From positions 1,800,001 through 1,832,000 of the forward strand of contig NZ_CP088239.1 in NCBI RefSeq assembly GCF_021054785.1: a stretch of DNA of 32,000 nucleotides. Direction: 5' to 3'. This document shows, piece after piece, positions 18,478-26,660 of this stretch. Origin of the DNA: Tannockella kyphosi. GTDB lineage: Bacteria; Bacillota_I; Bacilli_A; Erysipelotrichales; Coprobacillaceae. A model generated the notes under the pieces. That model made no database searches. It was not told the origin of the DNA and saw only the letters and a program-made list of their open reading frames with translations. Made by a program: the position numbers and the translations under genes. The first letter of the stretch is position 1; each line of letters opens with the position of its first letter.

Positions 18478-18512
18478 AACGCACGGATAAACGCACGCGT
18501 GCGTTTATCGCA
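18478..18512 (-). promoter_or_regulatory. Orphan CG-box element (promoter-only remnant) containing a 22-bp perfect palindrome
   Basis: AAACGCACGGATAAACGCACGCGTGCGTTTATCGC is colinear with ctAAACGCACtctAACGCGCGCGTGTGTTTAT at 15212..15244. The palindrome ATAAACGCACGCGTGCGTTTAT is at 18487..18508. No downstream gene follows. Confidence 0.5.
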
Positions 18513-18585
18513 TTACTAACATATCTAAACATACATCACTCTTTTTGGTTTGTCAGATCACTAATAAATATTAGAAAAATACTGT

Positions 18586-19875
18586 TTATAACTGATCTGC
18601 TAGCATGTATTTTGTGTTTTTTCCATTTCCTACTTTTACAATAATACCTAGTTTAAGCATTTCACCAATAATACTGTTAGCTCTGGTTACTTTAACATCT
18701 AACAATTCTTCTATTGATAGACGTGTGATATATTTGTTATTTTTTAAATATTCAACTACTAAATTATGTGTTTTTGATAAACCTATTGTGTCATTATTCA
18801 TATTTGGAAGAGTAACTCTAAATGCACCATCTGCATTTTCAAATACTGGTTTATTGATGCATTTATTGTAAGAACTCATTATTTTACCAACACCAATACC
18901 ATAGGATTCAATTAATTGCATTCTATAAAATAATGCTGCTAATTTTTCATTTCTTGCTTGTGATGCACCTAAAAGAATAGCTTCTATCGACATCCCAGAA
19001 ACAAGGCCTCCTAAAGAAACAATCTCAATTTTATTGGAATACACATTAATAAAAGTATCTCCACTATAACTATAATCTCGATGTACGATTGCATTTAATA
19101 ATGCTTCTCTTAATGATAATTCCGGATAATCTTTTTGATCAATTCTTAATAAGCCATCAAATGATGCACTTGTTCTATTATATAACTCAAGTGTAGCATA
19201 TGCATCATTTAATTGTTTAAAAATAGAACCTTTAAATTCTTTTCTATCTATAAAAACACTTTTATCATTGCCTTGAAATACAGCAAGTTTAATAGAATGA
19301 ATACATTCATCTGATGTTAGTAAAGCAAGATTTGTATACATTTCATCATTATTGATAAAACCTAAATTATGCATTTGAACCTGACCAAACTCTAGGTTCC
19401 TTTTTTTCATTTCTTCATTCATTGTATTGAAATGTAAATTTTGTTCAATAGAACGACTATTCTCAAAAGAATCTCCATCTGTTAATTTTATCATCTGGCG
19501 AATTGCATCTTGTGATGCAGGAGCAGAAGATGTCCCTTGTCTAACGTAGACACCTGATGATTTCATTCCCTTATCTTTAAGATAATAAGGTTTTCTTGTT
19601 CCCTCTTCAACAGTTACTTTGATGATATCTTTATTTTCTTCTACTAGTGATTCCACACGTATAAACATCATAGCATCAGGTAAGATATTATCACGAAGAA
19701 GATTCGTTATCGCTAACATAACTTCATCAACATCATTTATTCCAACCACTTCACCACTATCAGCAATTCCTTCATATATTGTTCCACCATCACAGTTAAT
19801 AAATGCAATGACTTCTTTCTTCAAATCTTGTGTATATTTTTCTTTTAACTCTACTTTATAACCCTCTTTAAACAT
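18586..19875 (-). CDS. COG2865-type protein: AlbA_2 (Schlafen-like) N-domain + HATPase_c_4 + C-terminal wHTH (429 aa), paralogue 1
   Basis: N-terminus EGYKVELKEK...NCDGGTIYEGI, central LREALLNAIVHRDYS, C-terminus ITRLSIEELLDVKVTRANSIIGEMLKLGII. RBS AAAGGAG. Confidence 0.8.
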   Translation of the reverse strand: MFKEGYKVELKEKYTQDLKKEVIAFINCDGGTIYEGIADSGEVVGINDVDEVMLAITNLLRDNILPDAMMFIRVESLVEENKDIIKVTVEEGTRKPYYLKDKGMKSSGVYVRQGTSSAPASQDAIRQMIKLTDGDSFENSRSIEQNLHFNTMNEEMKKRNLEFGQVQMHNLGFINNDEMYTNLALLTSDECIHSIKLAVFQGNDKSVFIDRKEFKGSIFKQLNDAYATLELYNRTSASFDGLLRIDQKDYPELSLREALLNAIVHRDYSYSGDTFINVYSNKIEIVSLGGLVSGMSIEAILLGASQARNEKLAALFYRMQLIESYGIGVGKIMSSYNKCINKPVFENADGAFRVTLPNMNNDTIGLSKTHNLVVEYLKNNKYITRLSIEELLDVKVTRANSIIGEMLKLGIIVKVGNGKNTKYMLADQL

Positions 19876-19879
19876 CTTT

Positions 19880-19945
19880 CTATCTCCTTTCTATCACTAT
19901 TCTCTTTCTATCACTGATAGTATCATGTTTTGTGATAGAATACAA
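19880..19945 (-). promoter_or_regulatory. Promoter of paralogue 1 with a tetO-like palindrome and reiterated GATAGAAAG half-sites
   Basis: Minus strand: TTGTAT (19945..19940), 17 nt, TACTAT (19922..19917). The palindrome CTATCACTGATAG (19908..19920) overlaps the -10 element. Further half-sites lie at 19932..19938, 19891..19897 and 19880..19884. Confidence 0.55.
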
Positions 19946-19960
19946 CTTTTTATATAAAAT

Positions 19961-20127
19961 TATCCCCTTTTCATTCTTTTTTAAAACAAAAAACTCTCCT
20001 AAGAGAGTTTAAGTTTATGCATAAATCCAACTGTTTGGAGTATTATAATTATCTTTTTGTTAATGACTAAAGTACATAAAATAAGAGTTTTTATAGTGTT
20101 TGCATCTTATAAGTATCCTAACTATAG
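19961..20127 (-). repeat. R4: full array repeat (subfamily B core; arm shared with R0)
   Basis: Flank tatccccttttcattcttttttaaaac, hairpin 19992..20009, core gtttaagtttatgcataaatccaactgtttggagtattataattatctttttgttaat..., arm gcatcttataagtatcctaactatag. Confidence 0.85.
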
Positions 20128-20224
20128 TCATACAACAATAGTGCTTTTTTACTAGCACATACTGATATAACACGTAATCTTGAGTATATCACCCAAAAAT
20201 GAAGACTAAAAATAGTTAATCCAT

Positions 20225-21670
20225 TTAGCTATAATACTTCTGTGATTTACTCTTAGGTTTTTCCGGTAATGTCATTTTAAGATTTCCACTTTCTATCAAT
20301 GGTAAAACAATTGTATTCATTGCATAATACTGTGTTTTGCCTAAATACTTAGCTAACTCAGATCTTGTTCTCGGTGTTTTACAAAATTCAATAAGTTCTT
20401 CAACCTCGTTTACCTCTGTTTTTCCACTATTAGATATTTTGAGTTTAGACATGACACTATTCTTTAGAATCACAGTAAATGTTCCTCGTCTATTAACAAA
20501 TTCAGGAGGACAAAGACTCATTTTTTCCATTTCATAGTGAATAGTCGGAATACCAGAATATCTATTTTCTGCTGCTTTTTGTACCTCCAGTATATGGGTC
20601 AATGTTTGGTTTCTTGTATCTGCATGAGCCTTTCCTAAACCATCAACAGTAATTCTACCGTAAAGACCTCCTTCATTTGTAATTTCAAGTCGATCACTAT
20701 ACATTACAATTCTTATAGGTGCCCCTTCTGTATGAATACTATAATCTCTATGCATTAGAGCATTTAATATAGCTTCCCTGACTGCTTTAATCGGGTATTC
20801 TGGTTTATCATGTCGTTTTCCTTCATCATCAATAATTGTTTTTTCTCTCATGTTTCTTTTTACAAAAGCAACAGCTTCTTCTAACATTTCAGCGATAGTA
20901 CCCTCTATTCTCTTATTAGAAATAAATCGCTCTCCTTCATCTCCTGTCTGACCCATGATAGTTCCAGGAACAACTACTGCAGTGATGCAGAGTTGTGGAT
21001 AAGTAGCTTGTGGATATTTTGAAAAACACATTATCCCTGAAAAGGTTGGATTTCCACCCTTTATCACTCCCATTAAATGAAGGATTTCATCGTTTGAAAG
21101 CCTTGAAACATTAGGTTTATTTTCTTTTATATTTAGAATATACTTTTCAAGTAATATATCATCTAGTATAGAAAAATCAGTAGAATCAGCAATTCTAATA
21201 TCATCCTTAATTCTTCTATGATATGCATCATAGCTGTAAATTTCATAATCACTCATAGGTTCATCTGCTTCTGCCACACGAATATATGAACCTTTAACCT
21301 TACCTGCACCTTTATAGTAAACAGGTCTATCTGCAATGTCTACTCCAGGAATTTCAGCTGAAACAACCATCTTATTTTCAATCATTGCAACTGTAAATAG
21401 TGGCCTAACTGCAATTTCCATTTGTTTGCATTGTTCAGCAACTTTATGTTGTAAATCTTGAGGATCGTAGACACCAACTATTTCAAAATCCTTTTTCTCA
21501 TCTAATCCAAATAGGATAGTACCTCCACCATCTTGGTTTGAGAAACTTGAAAGTGTATCATATAATTTTGTGAGTGTTCTCTTTTGAACTGCTTTCACTT
21601 CAATATACTGCGTTTCACAATTATATTTTTGAATAGTTTTTACCAAACTAACTAAATCATCTATTTGCAT
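20225..21670 (-). CDS. COG2865-type protein (AlbA_2 + HATPase_c_4 + wHTH, 481 aa), paralogue 2
   Basis: ETQYIEVKA...NQDGGGTILFGL, VREAILNALMHRDYS, C-terminal RTRSELAKYLGKTQYYAMNTIVLPLIESGNL. RBS AGGAGGG. Confidence 0.8.
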   Translation of the reverse strand: MQIDDLVSLVKTIQKYNCETQYIEVKAVQKRTLTKLYDTLSSFSNQDGGGTILFGLDEKKDFEIVGVYDPQDLQHKVAEQCKQMEIAVRPLFTVAMIENKMVVSAEIPGVDIADRPVYYKGAGKVKGSYIRVAEADEPMSDYEIYSYDAYHRRIKDDIRIADSTDFSILDDILLEKYILNIKENKPNVSRLSNDEILHLMGVIKGGNPTFSGIMCFSKYPQATYPQLCITAVVVPGTIMGQTGDEGERFISNKRIEGTIAEMLEEAVAFVKRNMREKTIIDDEGKRHDKPEYPIKAVREAILNALMHRDYSIHTEGAPIRIVMYSDRLEITNEGGLYGRITVDGLGKAHADTRNQTLTHILEVQKAAENRYSGIPTIHYEMEKMSLCPPEFVNRRGTFTVILKNSVMSKLKISNSGKTEVNEVEELIEFCKTPRTRSELAKYLGKTQYYAMNTIVLPLIESGNLKMTLPEKPKSKSQKYYS

Positions 21671-21731
21671 AATACAACCCTCCTAAGTATATTTACTTAT
21701 AATATGCTATTTTAAACAAAATTATTCAATA

Positions 21732-21807
21732 AAATAAACAAAATTATCTATATAAATTTTGTTTATTTATAATTTTAATCTAATTTTACTTATTATTTTG
21801 TTTATTT
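21732..21807. promoter_or_regulatory. AAATAAACAAAATT inverted repeat plus a third half-site upstream of paralogue 2
   Basis: AAATAAACAAAATT (21732..21745), 9 nt, AATTTTGTTTATTT (21755..21768), a perfect 14-bp inverted repeat. A further ATTTTGTTTATTT lies at 21795..21807. Confidence 0.4.
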
Positions 21808-21914
21808 CTGATATTTTTAAAGTATTTTTCTTTATTTTTTCTTTACATAATTTTCTATCACAATTTTCTTTCTACCATTACAGAATACATCTTCCGCTAT
21901 ATATAATTCTTCTT

Positions 21915-22130
21915 TTATCCCTATTTGTTCATTTTAAAACAAAAAAAGAACTCTCCTAAGAAAGTTCAAGTTTATGCATAAATCCAACTGTTTGGAGTAT
22001 TATAATTATCTTTTTGTTAATATATATCCTTTATGAAATAATGTTTTTATAGATCCTTGCATCTTATAAGCATCTTAATCAAATGCACTCAGACAAGTTA
22101 AATACTAGTTTACTACGTATTATGCTCATA
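21915..22130 (-). repeat. R5: full array repeat (subfamily B core; right arm shared with R2)
   Basis: Flank ttatccctatttgttcattttaaaac, hairpin 21948..21967 (GAACTCTCCTAAGAAAGTTC), arm gcatcttataagcatcttaatcaaatgcactcagacaag...cgtattatgctcata. It ends about 12 nt from the stop at 22142. Confidence 0.85.
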
Positions 22131-22141
22131 CTCCTCAGCAC

Positions 22142-22651
22142 CTATGATTTTTTGCGAGTTAGAATTATACCAACAATCGACCCAATTAATGCAATTGGTG
22201 CAATTCTTACAAATAACCATTCAATGCCGTGTAAAATTGTTCCTGCAACAGCTAAATCAGGCTTACTATAATTCCATCCCAAATAAGAACTATCTAAGAA
22301 ATATAAAATCACAAAAATTGCTACAATAATTGCACACACCGAAATAAATATCCAGTGAACTAGTTTTCTGCTTCTTACACTTTTTTGTGACAACTGTAAG
22401 TTAATAACCTCTAATTTTTCTGAAATTACTTTGAGATCACCTTCTCTTTCTTCTGCTATAGTTTCACCAAACATTGTGCTTACTGGAATTTCAAGAACTT
22501 CTGACATAGTTACTAACGTTTCAGAATCTGGAACTGATAATCCTTTTTCCCATTTTGAAATAGTTTGTCGTACGACATTCAACTTAATAGCAAGTTCTTC
22601 TTGTGAAAGTCCTTTTGATTTTCTAATAGTTTTAATATTTTCACTTAGCAT
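22142..22651 (-). CDS. XRE-family HTH protein with C-terminal transmembrane segments (169 aa)
   Basis: MLSENIKTIRKSKGLSQEELAIKLNVVRQTISKWEKG (HTH_3). Hydrophobic segments WIFISVCAIIVAIFVILYF and IAPIALIGSIVGIIL. ATG at 22651 follows AAGGAGG. The track start at 22726 is unsupported. Confidence 0.8.
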   Translation of the reverse strand: MLSENIKTIRKSKGLSQEELAIKLNVVRQTISKWEKGLSVPDSETLVTMSEVLEIPVSTMFGETIAEEREGDLKVISEKLEVINLQLSQKSVRSRKLVHWIFISVCAIIVAIFVILYFLDSSYLGWNYSKPDLAVAGTILHGIEWLFVRIAPIALIGSIVGIILTRKKS

Positions 22652-22799
22652 AACAAATACCTCCTTTGTTTGTACTTTGATTTTAGCAGATATTTGCCCG
22701 TTGCCACAAGCAACGCATATTAACATTCACCATAATAGGCATAAAGGGTATATAAATAATCTTTAGTTAATTATAACATTCTTTTCGTTTATGACAAAC

Positions 22800-23816
22800 T
22801 CACTTAGTACCTATCGTCTTTTCTAATTCTAACAAGTTATATTCTTTATGAAGTTCTCTTCTTAATTCTTCTTCACTAGGTAAGTATAGTTTATATCTAG
22901 ATGCATATACGTTACTATTTTTAGGTAACGTATATTTTACTAAGCTTTCACTTTTATCCACGCATAACACAATACCAATAGGTGGATTATCTTCTTTACT
23001 ACTTACTTTTTCTTCATAGTAGTTTACATACATTTGCATTTGTCCTAAGTCTTGGTGCGTTAAGTCCCCTATTTTTAAATCAATAATAACAAAACACTTT
23101 AATAAATAATTATAGAATAATAAGTCAATATAAAAATGTCTCCCATCAAAGGTAATTCTTTTTTGTCTTGCTATAAAAGAGAAACCTCTTCCTAATTCTA
23201 ATAAGAATTTTTGTAAATGAGAAATTAAAGCACTTTCTAATTCTTTTTCACTAAAAGATGCCTGATCAGGAAGTCCTAGAAACTCTAATACATAAGGATC
23301 TTTAATAATATCACTTGGTGATTTTAATAATTCATCTTCATCTGACAAGTTATCTTTCATAGTTTTCCCATCTTTACTAGATAATAACCTTTCATAATAA
23401 AAGGAGTGAATTTGTCTTTCTAGTTGCCTAGTACTCCAGTTAGAATTTACACATTCTTCTTCATAAAAATTTCTAGCTTTTTCATTTTCCACTCTCATTA
23501 ACAAACGATAATGAGTCCAACTCAATTCGCCACGCAGTGCGTGGCTTTTTGAAAAAGTTAAATAAAATTGTCTCATATCTTTGAGGCTAGAAACCTTAAA
23601 CCCTGTTCCAAACTCTGCAGACAACTCTTTTGATATAGTTTTAATTAAATCACTCCCATACTCTGCTTTTTCCTTTCCGCCTTGTTTTTCTACTATCGTT
23701 CTACCAATTTCATAATATGCTTGTACCATAGTATTATTAGTTACTTGATATACTTTATCTCTAGCTTGATAGACAATATTTCTTATATCATTTACTATTT
23801 CTTTTTCTAATTCCAT
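22800..23816 (-). CDS. DUF1016/YhcG-family PD-(D/E)xK nuclease-like protein (about 338 aa)
   Basis: The N-terminal part QAYYEIGRTIVE...GK...YG..LI..LS..L matches the YhcG N-domain. C-terminus IDLLFYNYLLKCFVIIDLKIGDLTHQDLGQMQMYVNYY carries D...D-x-K. ATG at 23816 has RBS AGAGGAAA. An alternative start lies at 23852. Confidence 0.75.
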   Translation of the reverse strand: MELEKEIVNDIRNIVYQARDKVYQVTNNTMVQAYYEIGRTIVEKQGGKEKAEYGSDLIKTISKELSAEFGTGFKVSSLKDMRQFYLTFSKSHALRGELSWTHYRLLMRVENEKARNFYEEECVNSNWSTRQLERQIHSFYYERLLSSKDGKTMKDNLSDEDELLKSPSDIIKDPYVLEFLGLPDQASFSEKELESALISHLQKFLLELGRGFSFIARQKRITFDGRHFYIDLLFYNYLLKCFVIIDLKIGDLTHQDLGQMQMYVNYYEEKVSSKEDNPPIGIVLCVDKSESLVKYTLPKNSNVYASRYKLYLPSEEELRRELHKEYNLLELEKTIGTK

Positions 23817-24177
23817 TACTAGTTTCCTCTTTTCTTTTGTTCTTTTCATCATATTATTTAATTACTTTCTCATTAAGTTATACGTATTTTACTAAACAAT
23901 TACTTTTAAATAATAAAAAGCCTTTCTTCTAACTTCATAATATTGTGAAGTAGTTAATAGACTTTTTACTGAAATTCTTATTTAATTGTTTGAAAAATGA
24001 GTAAATCTATGTATTTATATAAAAACCCCTTTTTTATAGTTTATTTAGTTCCTGAATTTTGTACGATAAGGACCAAAAATAGCTTAAAATTGTGTTTGTT
24101 TTAGTACAAAAAGATAACTTTTCGTTCAAAAGGAAAATTATGTTGATTATATCTATGCAATTTGTTTCGGCCTATTA

Positions 24178-24346
24178 TTATACAACTTCTACCAATCTCA
24201 CCTTAGCATCAGGATCATCGTTGTAAGGTATTACTGCCTTGACGTGTTCTTCTACTTCCCTATTCTTATTGTACTACTACTGCTAAATAAGTTATCATCG
24301 TCACATCTCATAGTTTTTATTTAAGTATCTTTTTTGTTTTCATCAT
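24178..24346 (-). pseudogene. Frameshifted remnant of a small secreted/lipoprotein-like gene
   Basis: A strong RBS AGGAGGAATT precedes ATGATGAAAACAAAAAAGATACTTAAATAA, only 9 codons. Downstream frames continue as ...MRCDDDNLFSSSSTIRIGK and EVEEHVKAVIPYNDDPDAKVRLVEVV*. Confidence 0.3.
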
Positions 24347-24409
24347 AATTCCTCCTAAATAGCGATATGTTTGTTCTCTGTTTTTAGAACTTACTAGTTA
24401 GAAAGTATC

Positions 24410-24436
24410 AAAAAAGACTAGAAATTAATCTAGTCT
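24410..24436 (-). terminator. Terminator of the small membrane protein gene
   Basis: Minus strand: AGACTAGA ttaatt TCTAGTCT followed by TTTTTT, about 35 nt after the stop at 24470. Confidence 0.7.
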
Positions 24437-24469
24437 AATCCACAGGGTATGCTAATATTTTTTATATTC

Positions 24470-24718
24470 TCAATGATTAACTAATTGAATAATTCCTGCT
24501 ATAACATTTAAACTAGCAGCTATTAAAAATAATGATTTCATATATATATTTTTCCCTGTAATTTTATCGTTAAAGAACATAAATATAATAAGTACCGATA
24601 GACATAAAGGATTTAATCCAGGAATCATATTTCCAGTTATTACATAAATCACAGAAAGAGCTATTACTATTACACTAAAAACAATAGTACTAATGTCCAA
24701 AATTTTATCTTTTTTCAT
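24470..24718 (-). CDS. Small membrane protein (82 aa, three predicted TM segments)
   Basis: MKKDKILDISTIVFSVIVIALSVIYVI..., ...LCLSVLIIFMFF..., ...LFLIAASLNVIAGIIQL. ATG at 24718 follows GAGGTG. Confidence 0.6.
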   Translation of the reverse strand: MKKDKILDISTIVFSVIVIALSVIYVITGNMIPGLNPLCLSVLIIFMFFNDKITGKNIYMKSLFLIAASLNVIAGIIQLVNH

Positions 24719-24752
24719 TGTTTCACACCTCACAAAATATAAAAAGCAAATC

Positions 24753-24942
24753 TTATCATACTAGACTTACTCATTCAATGATGGATAACAAATAAAAAAG
24801 AACTCTCCTAAGAAAGTTCAAGTTTATGCATAAATCCAACTGTTTGGAGTATTATAATTATCTTTTTGTTAATAACTAAAGTATATAAAATAAAAGTTTT
24901 TATAGAGTTTGCATCTTACGTGCAACATAACCACAGACATAC
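24753..24942 (-). repeat. R6: full array repeat (subfamily B core; left flank and right arm shared with R3)
   Basis: Flank ttatcatactagacttacTcattcaatgatggataacaaat, hairpin 24800..24819, arm gcatcttacgtgcaacataaccacagacatac. Confidence 0.85.
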
Positions 24943-24994
24943 AATGACGCCATGTATAATAGTGATTTTGTTGTTCTTAAAATAGTTATCTCCC

Positions 24995-26641
24995 CTATTT
25001 TAATTCATATCTCGATGAGTTTCCTTTTCTAATCAACTCTAGTTTCCCACTTTTTACAAGGTTTTTCAATATTCGGTACGCTTGATCTTTAGTTACTCCT
25101 AGTAATTCTACTACATTATTACGAGTAACATATTTTTGCTGTTTAGCAAGTTTCAGTACTAATTCATCATATTTTAAACGATCAATACCTGTCTGCCTTA
25201 CATAACCCACAACATTATCTTGAGCTTTATACACTTTTACACTTAGCATGTAAACCCTTGATTTACCAGTTCCATTCGCTTCCACAAGTCCACTCTCTAT
25301 TAATTTTTCAATATTTGATTTTGTTCTAGATTCACTAATATGCATAGTATCAGACAATTCTTGTATTGAAACTCTTTTTTGACTTTGTAATGTTGACAAA
25401 ATCAATAAAGAATTGATTGGGAGCATTCTTCCAATTCTATTCTCTTCATTAGACAACATCTTAGCAAATGCCAGGTCTGGATCAGCTCTTTGTACAAATA
25501 ACTTTACATAGCTACTTGTCGACTCTGAATAATCAGGAAATGGACGTCCATAAACGATAGACCCTTCATATATACGATCTATCCCTCGACCAGTTCGTTC
25601 TGCTAACCCTATTCTTTTCATTGCATCTGCCAAAGCATGATTTCGACCGTGTGGTTCAACTGTTAATAAATTATGTAAGTTAACCCCTTCAATAAATCCT
25701 CCTGGACTACTTATTGTTAATCCCTCATCTTCTATTGCTAATCGCACCCTTTGTAATATTGAGTAATCTCTATGACAAAATGCGTTTACTAAACCTTCCC
25801 TAAATGCTGATTCTGAAAACTCTGGAATTGGTATCCTAAATAATCCCGATTCCATTTCACGCTCTGGATTCCATGCCTTTAAGTAGTTTTCAAATATTTC
25901 AAACGTTGCTAGTAAAGGTTTTGAAAACTGTTCATTTACCCTAACTTGTGTTCCTTCAAGAACTTGAAAACTTGATTTTGCAGTAGGCATCAACTCTTCC
26001 AGCCTATCTTCTTTTCCTATCAATAACATGCCTGTTACTGTTGGATATGTTACACCATTTTCTTCTTTAGTTATTCTTAAAGCTTTATCTAAGTCTTCGT
26101 CTGTCAATTCAAGAAGCAATTTGTCCCCTTTTCGCATCTTAATAATGTTTCTAAGTCGCACTCTCTCATTTGGATTTAAATCATTCACTGAGGCATCTGT
26201 AATTATTTGTGCTGAAAAATCCAACAAGCTAAGCTGAGATAAACGTGTATTTATCTCATGTGGATACATTGGTATATTTTCAGGCGAACCATCCAACTTT
26301 AGTCTTCTTCGAAGAATTTTCCCTTCGCTAGAAGCTACAATCGTTCTACTCATAGGTATATCAATCCTTAAAACTTGTTTTCCTTCTTCGATAATTATTT
26401 CCGCTTTAGAAGATACAGACGGAACAGTTTTATTAGCAATTAATGCTACTACACCAATTTCATCAGCATGTTTTTTATGCACACCTGTAATTACTCCGTC
26501 ATCCTCAACACCCAAAAATAATTGTCCCCCCTCGGTATTCGCCATTCCAAGAACAGCTTCAATAAGCTCATTATCTTTTAGTTCTTTAACATCACTTTTA
26601 AATTCAATTTTTAATGTTTCTTTGCTGGGTATAATTCTCAT
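24995..26641 (-). CDS. COG2865-type protein (AlbA_2 + HATPase_c_4 + two C-terminal wHTH, 548 aa), paralogue 3
   Basis: SKETLKIEFKSDV...NTEGGQLFLGV, FREGLVNAFCHRDYS, wHTH-like SIQELSDTMHISESRTKSNIEKLIESGLV and VTRNNVVELLGVTKDQAYRILKNLVKSGKL. ATG at 26641 follows GGAGGTG. The track start at 26689 lies inside the promoter. Confidence 0.85.
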   Translation of the reverse strand: MRIIPSKETLKIEFKSDVKELKDNELIEAVLGMANTEGGQLFLGVEDDGVITGVHKKHADEIGVVALIANKTVPSVSSKAEIIIEEGKQVLRIDIPMSRTIVASSEGKILRRRLKLDGSPENIPMYPHEINTRLSQLSLLDFSAQIITDASVNDLNPNERVRLRNIIKMRKGDKLLLELTDEDLDKALRITKEENGVTYPTVTGMLLIGKEDRLEELMPTAKSSFQVLEGTQVRVNEQFSKPLLATFEIFENYLKAWNPEREMESGLFRIPIPEFSESAFREGLVNAFCHRDYSILQRVRLAIEDEGLTISSPGGFIEGVNLHNLLTVEPHGRNHALADAMKRIGLAERTGRGIDRIYEGSIVYGRPFPDYSESTSSYVKLFVQRADPDLAFAKMLSNEENRIGRMLPINSLLILSTLQSQKRVSIQELSDTMHISESRTKSNIEKLIESGLVEANGTGKSRVYMLSVKVYKAQDNVVGYVRQTGIDRLKYDELVLKLAKQQKYVTRNNVVELLGVTKDQAYRILKNLVKSGKLELIRKGNSSRYELK

Positions 26642-26660
26642 AAAAACACCTCCTAAACGC

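Noticed and set aside
17793-18478. ORFs 17793..18008, 17836..18135 and 18272..18478 (plus strand)
   Set aside because: The first two are antisense to hxlR and its promoter region. 18272..18478 runs straight through repeat R3 and its terminator hairpin. None has an RBS or a recognisable motif.
21759-21959. ORF 21759..21959 (66 aa, plus strand)
   Set aside because: It lies in the AT-rich promoter/operator region of 20225..21670 and runs into repeat R5. Its translation is a Phe/Ile/Leu low-complexity string.
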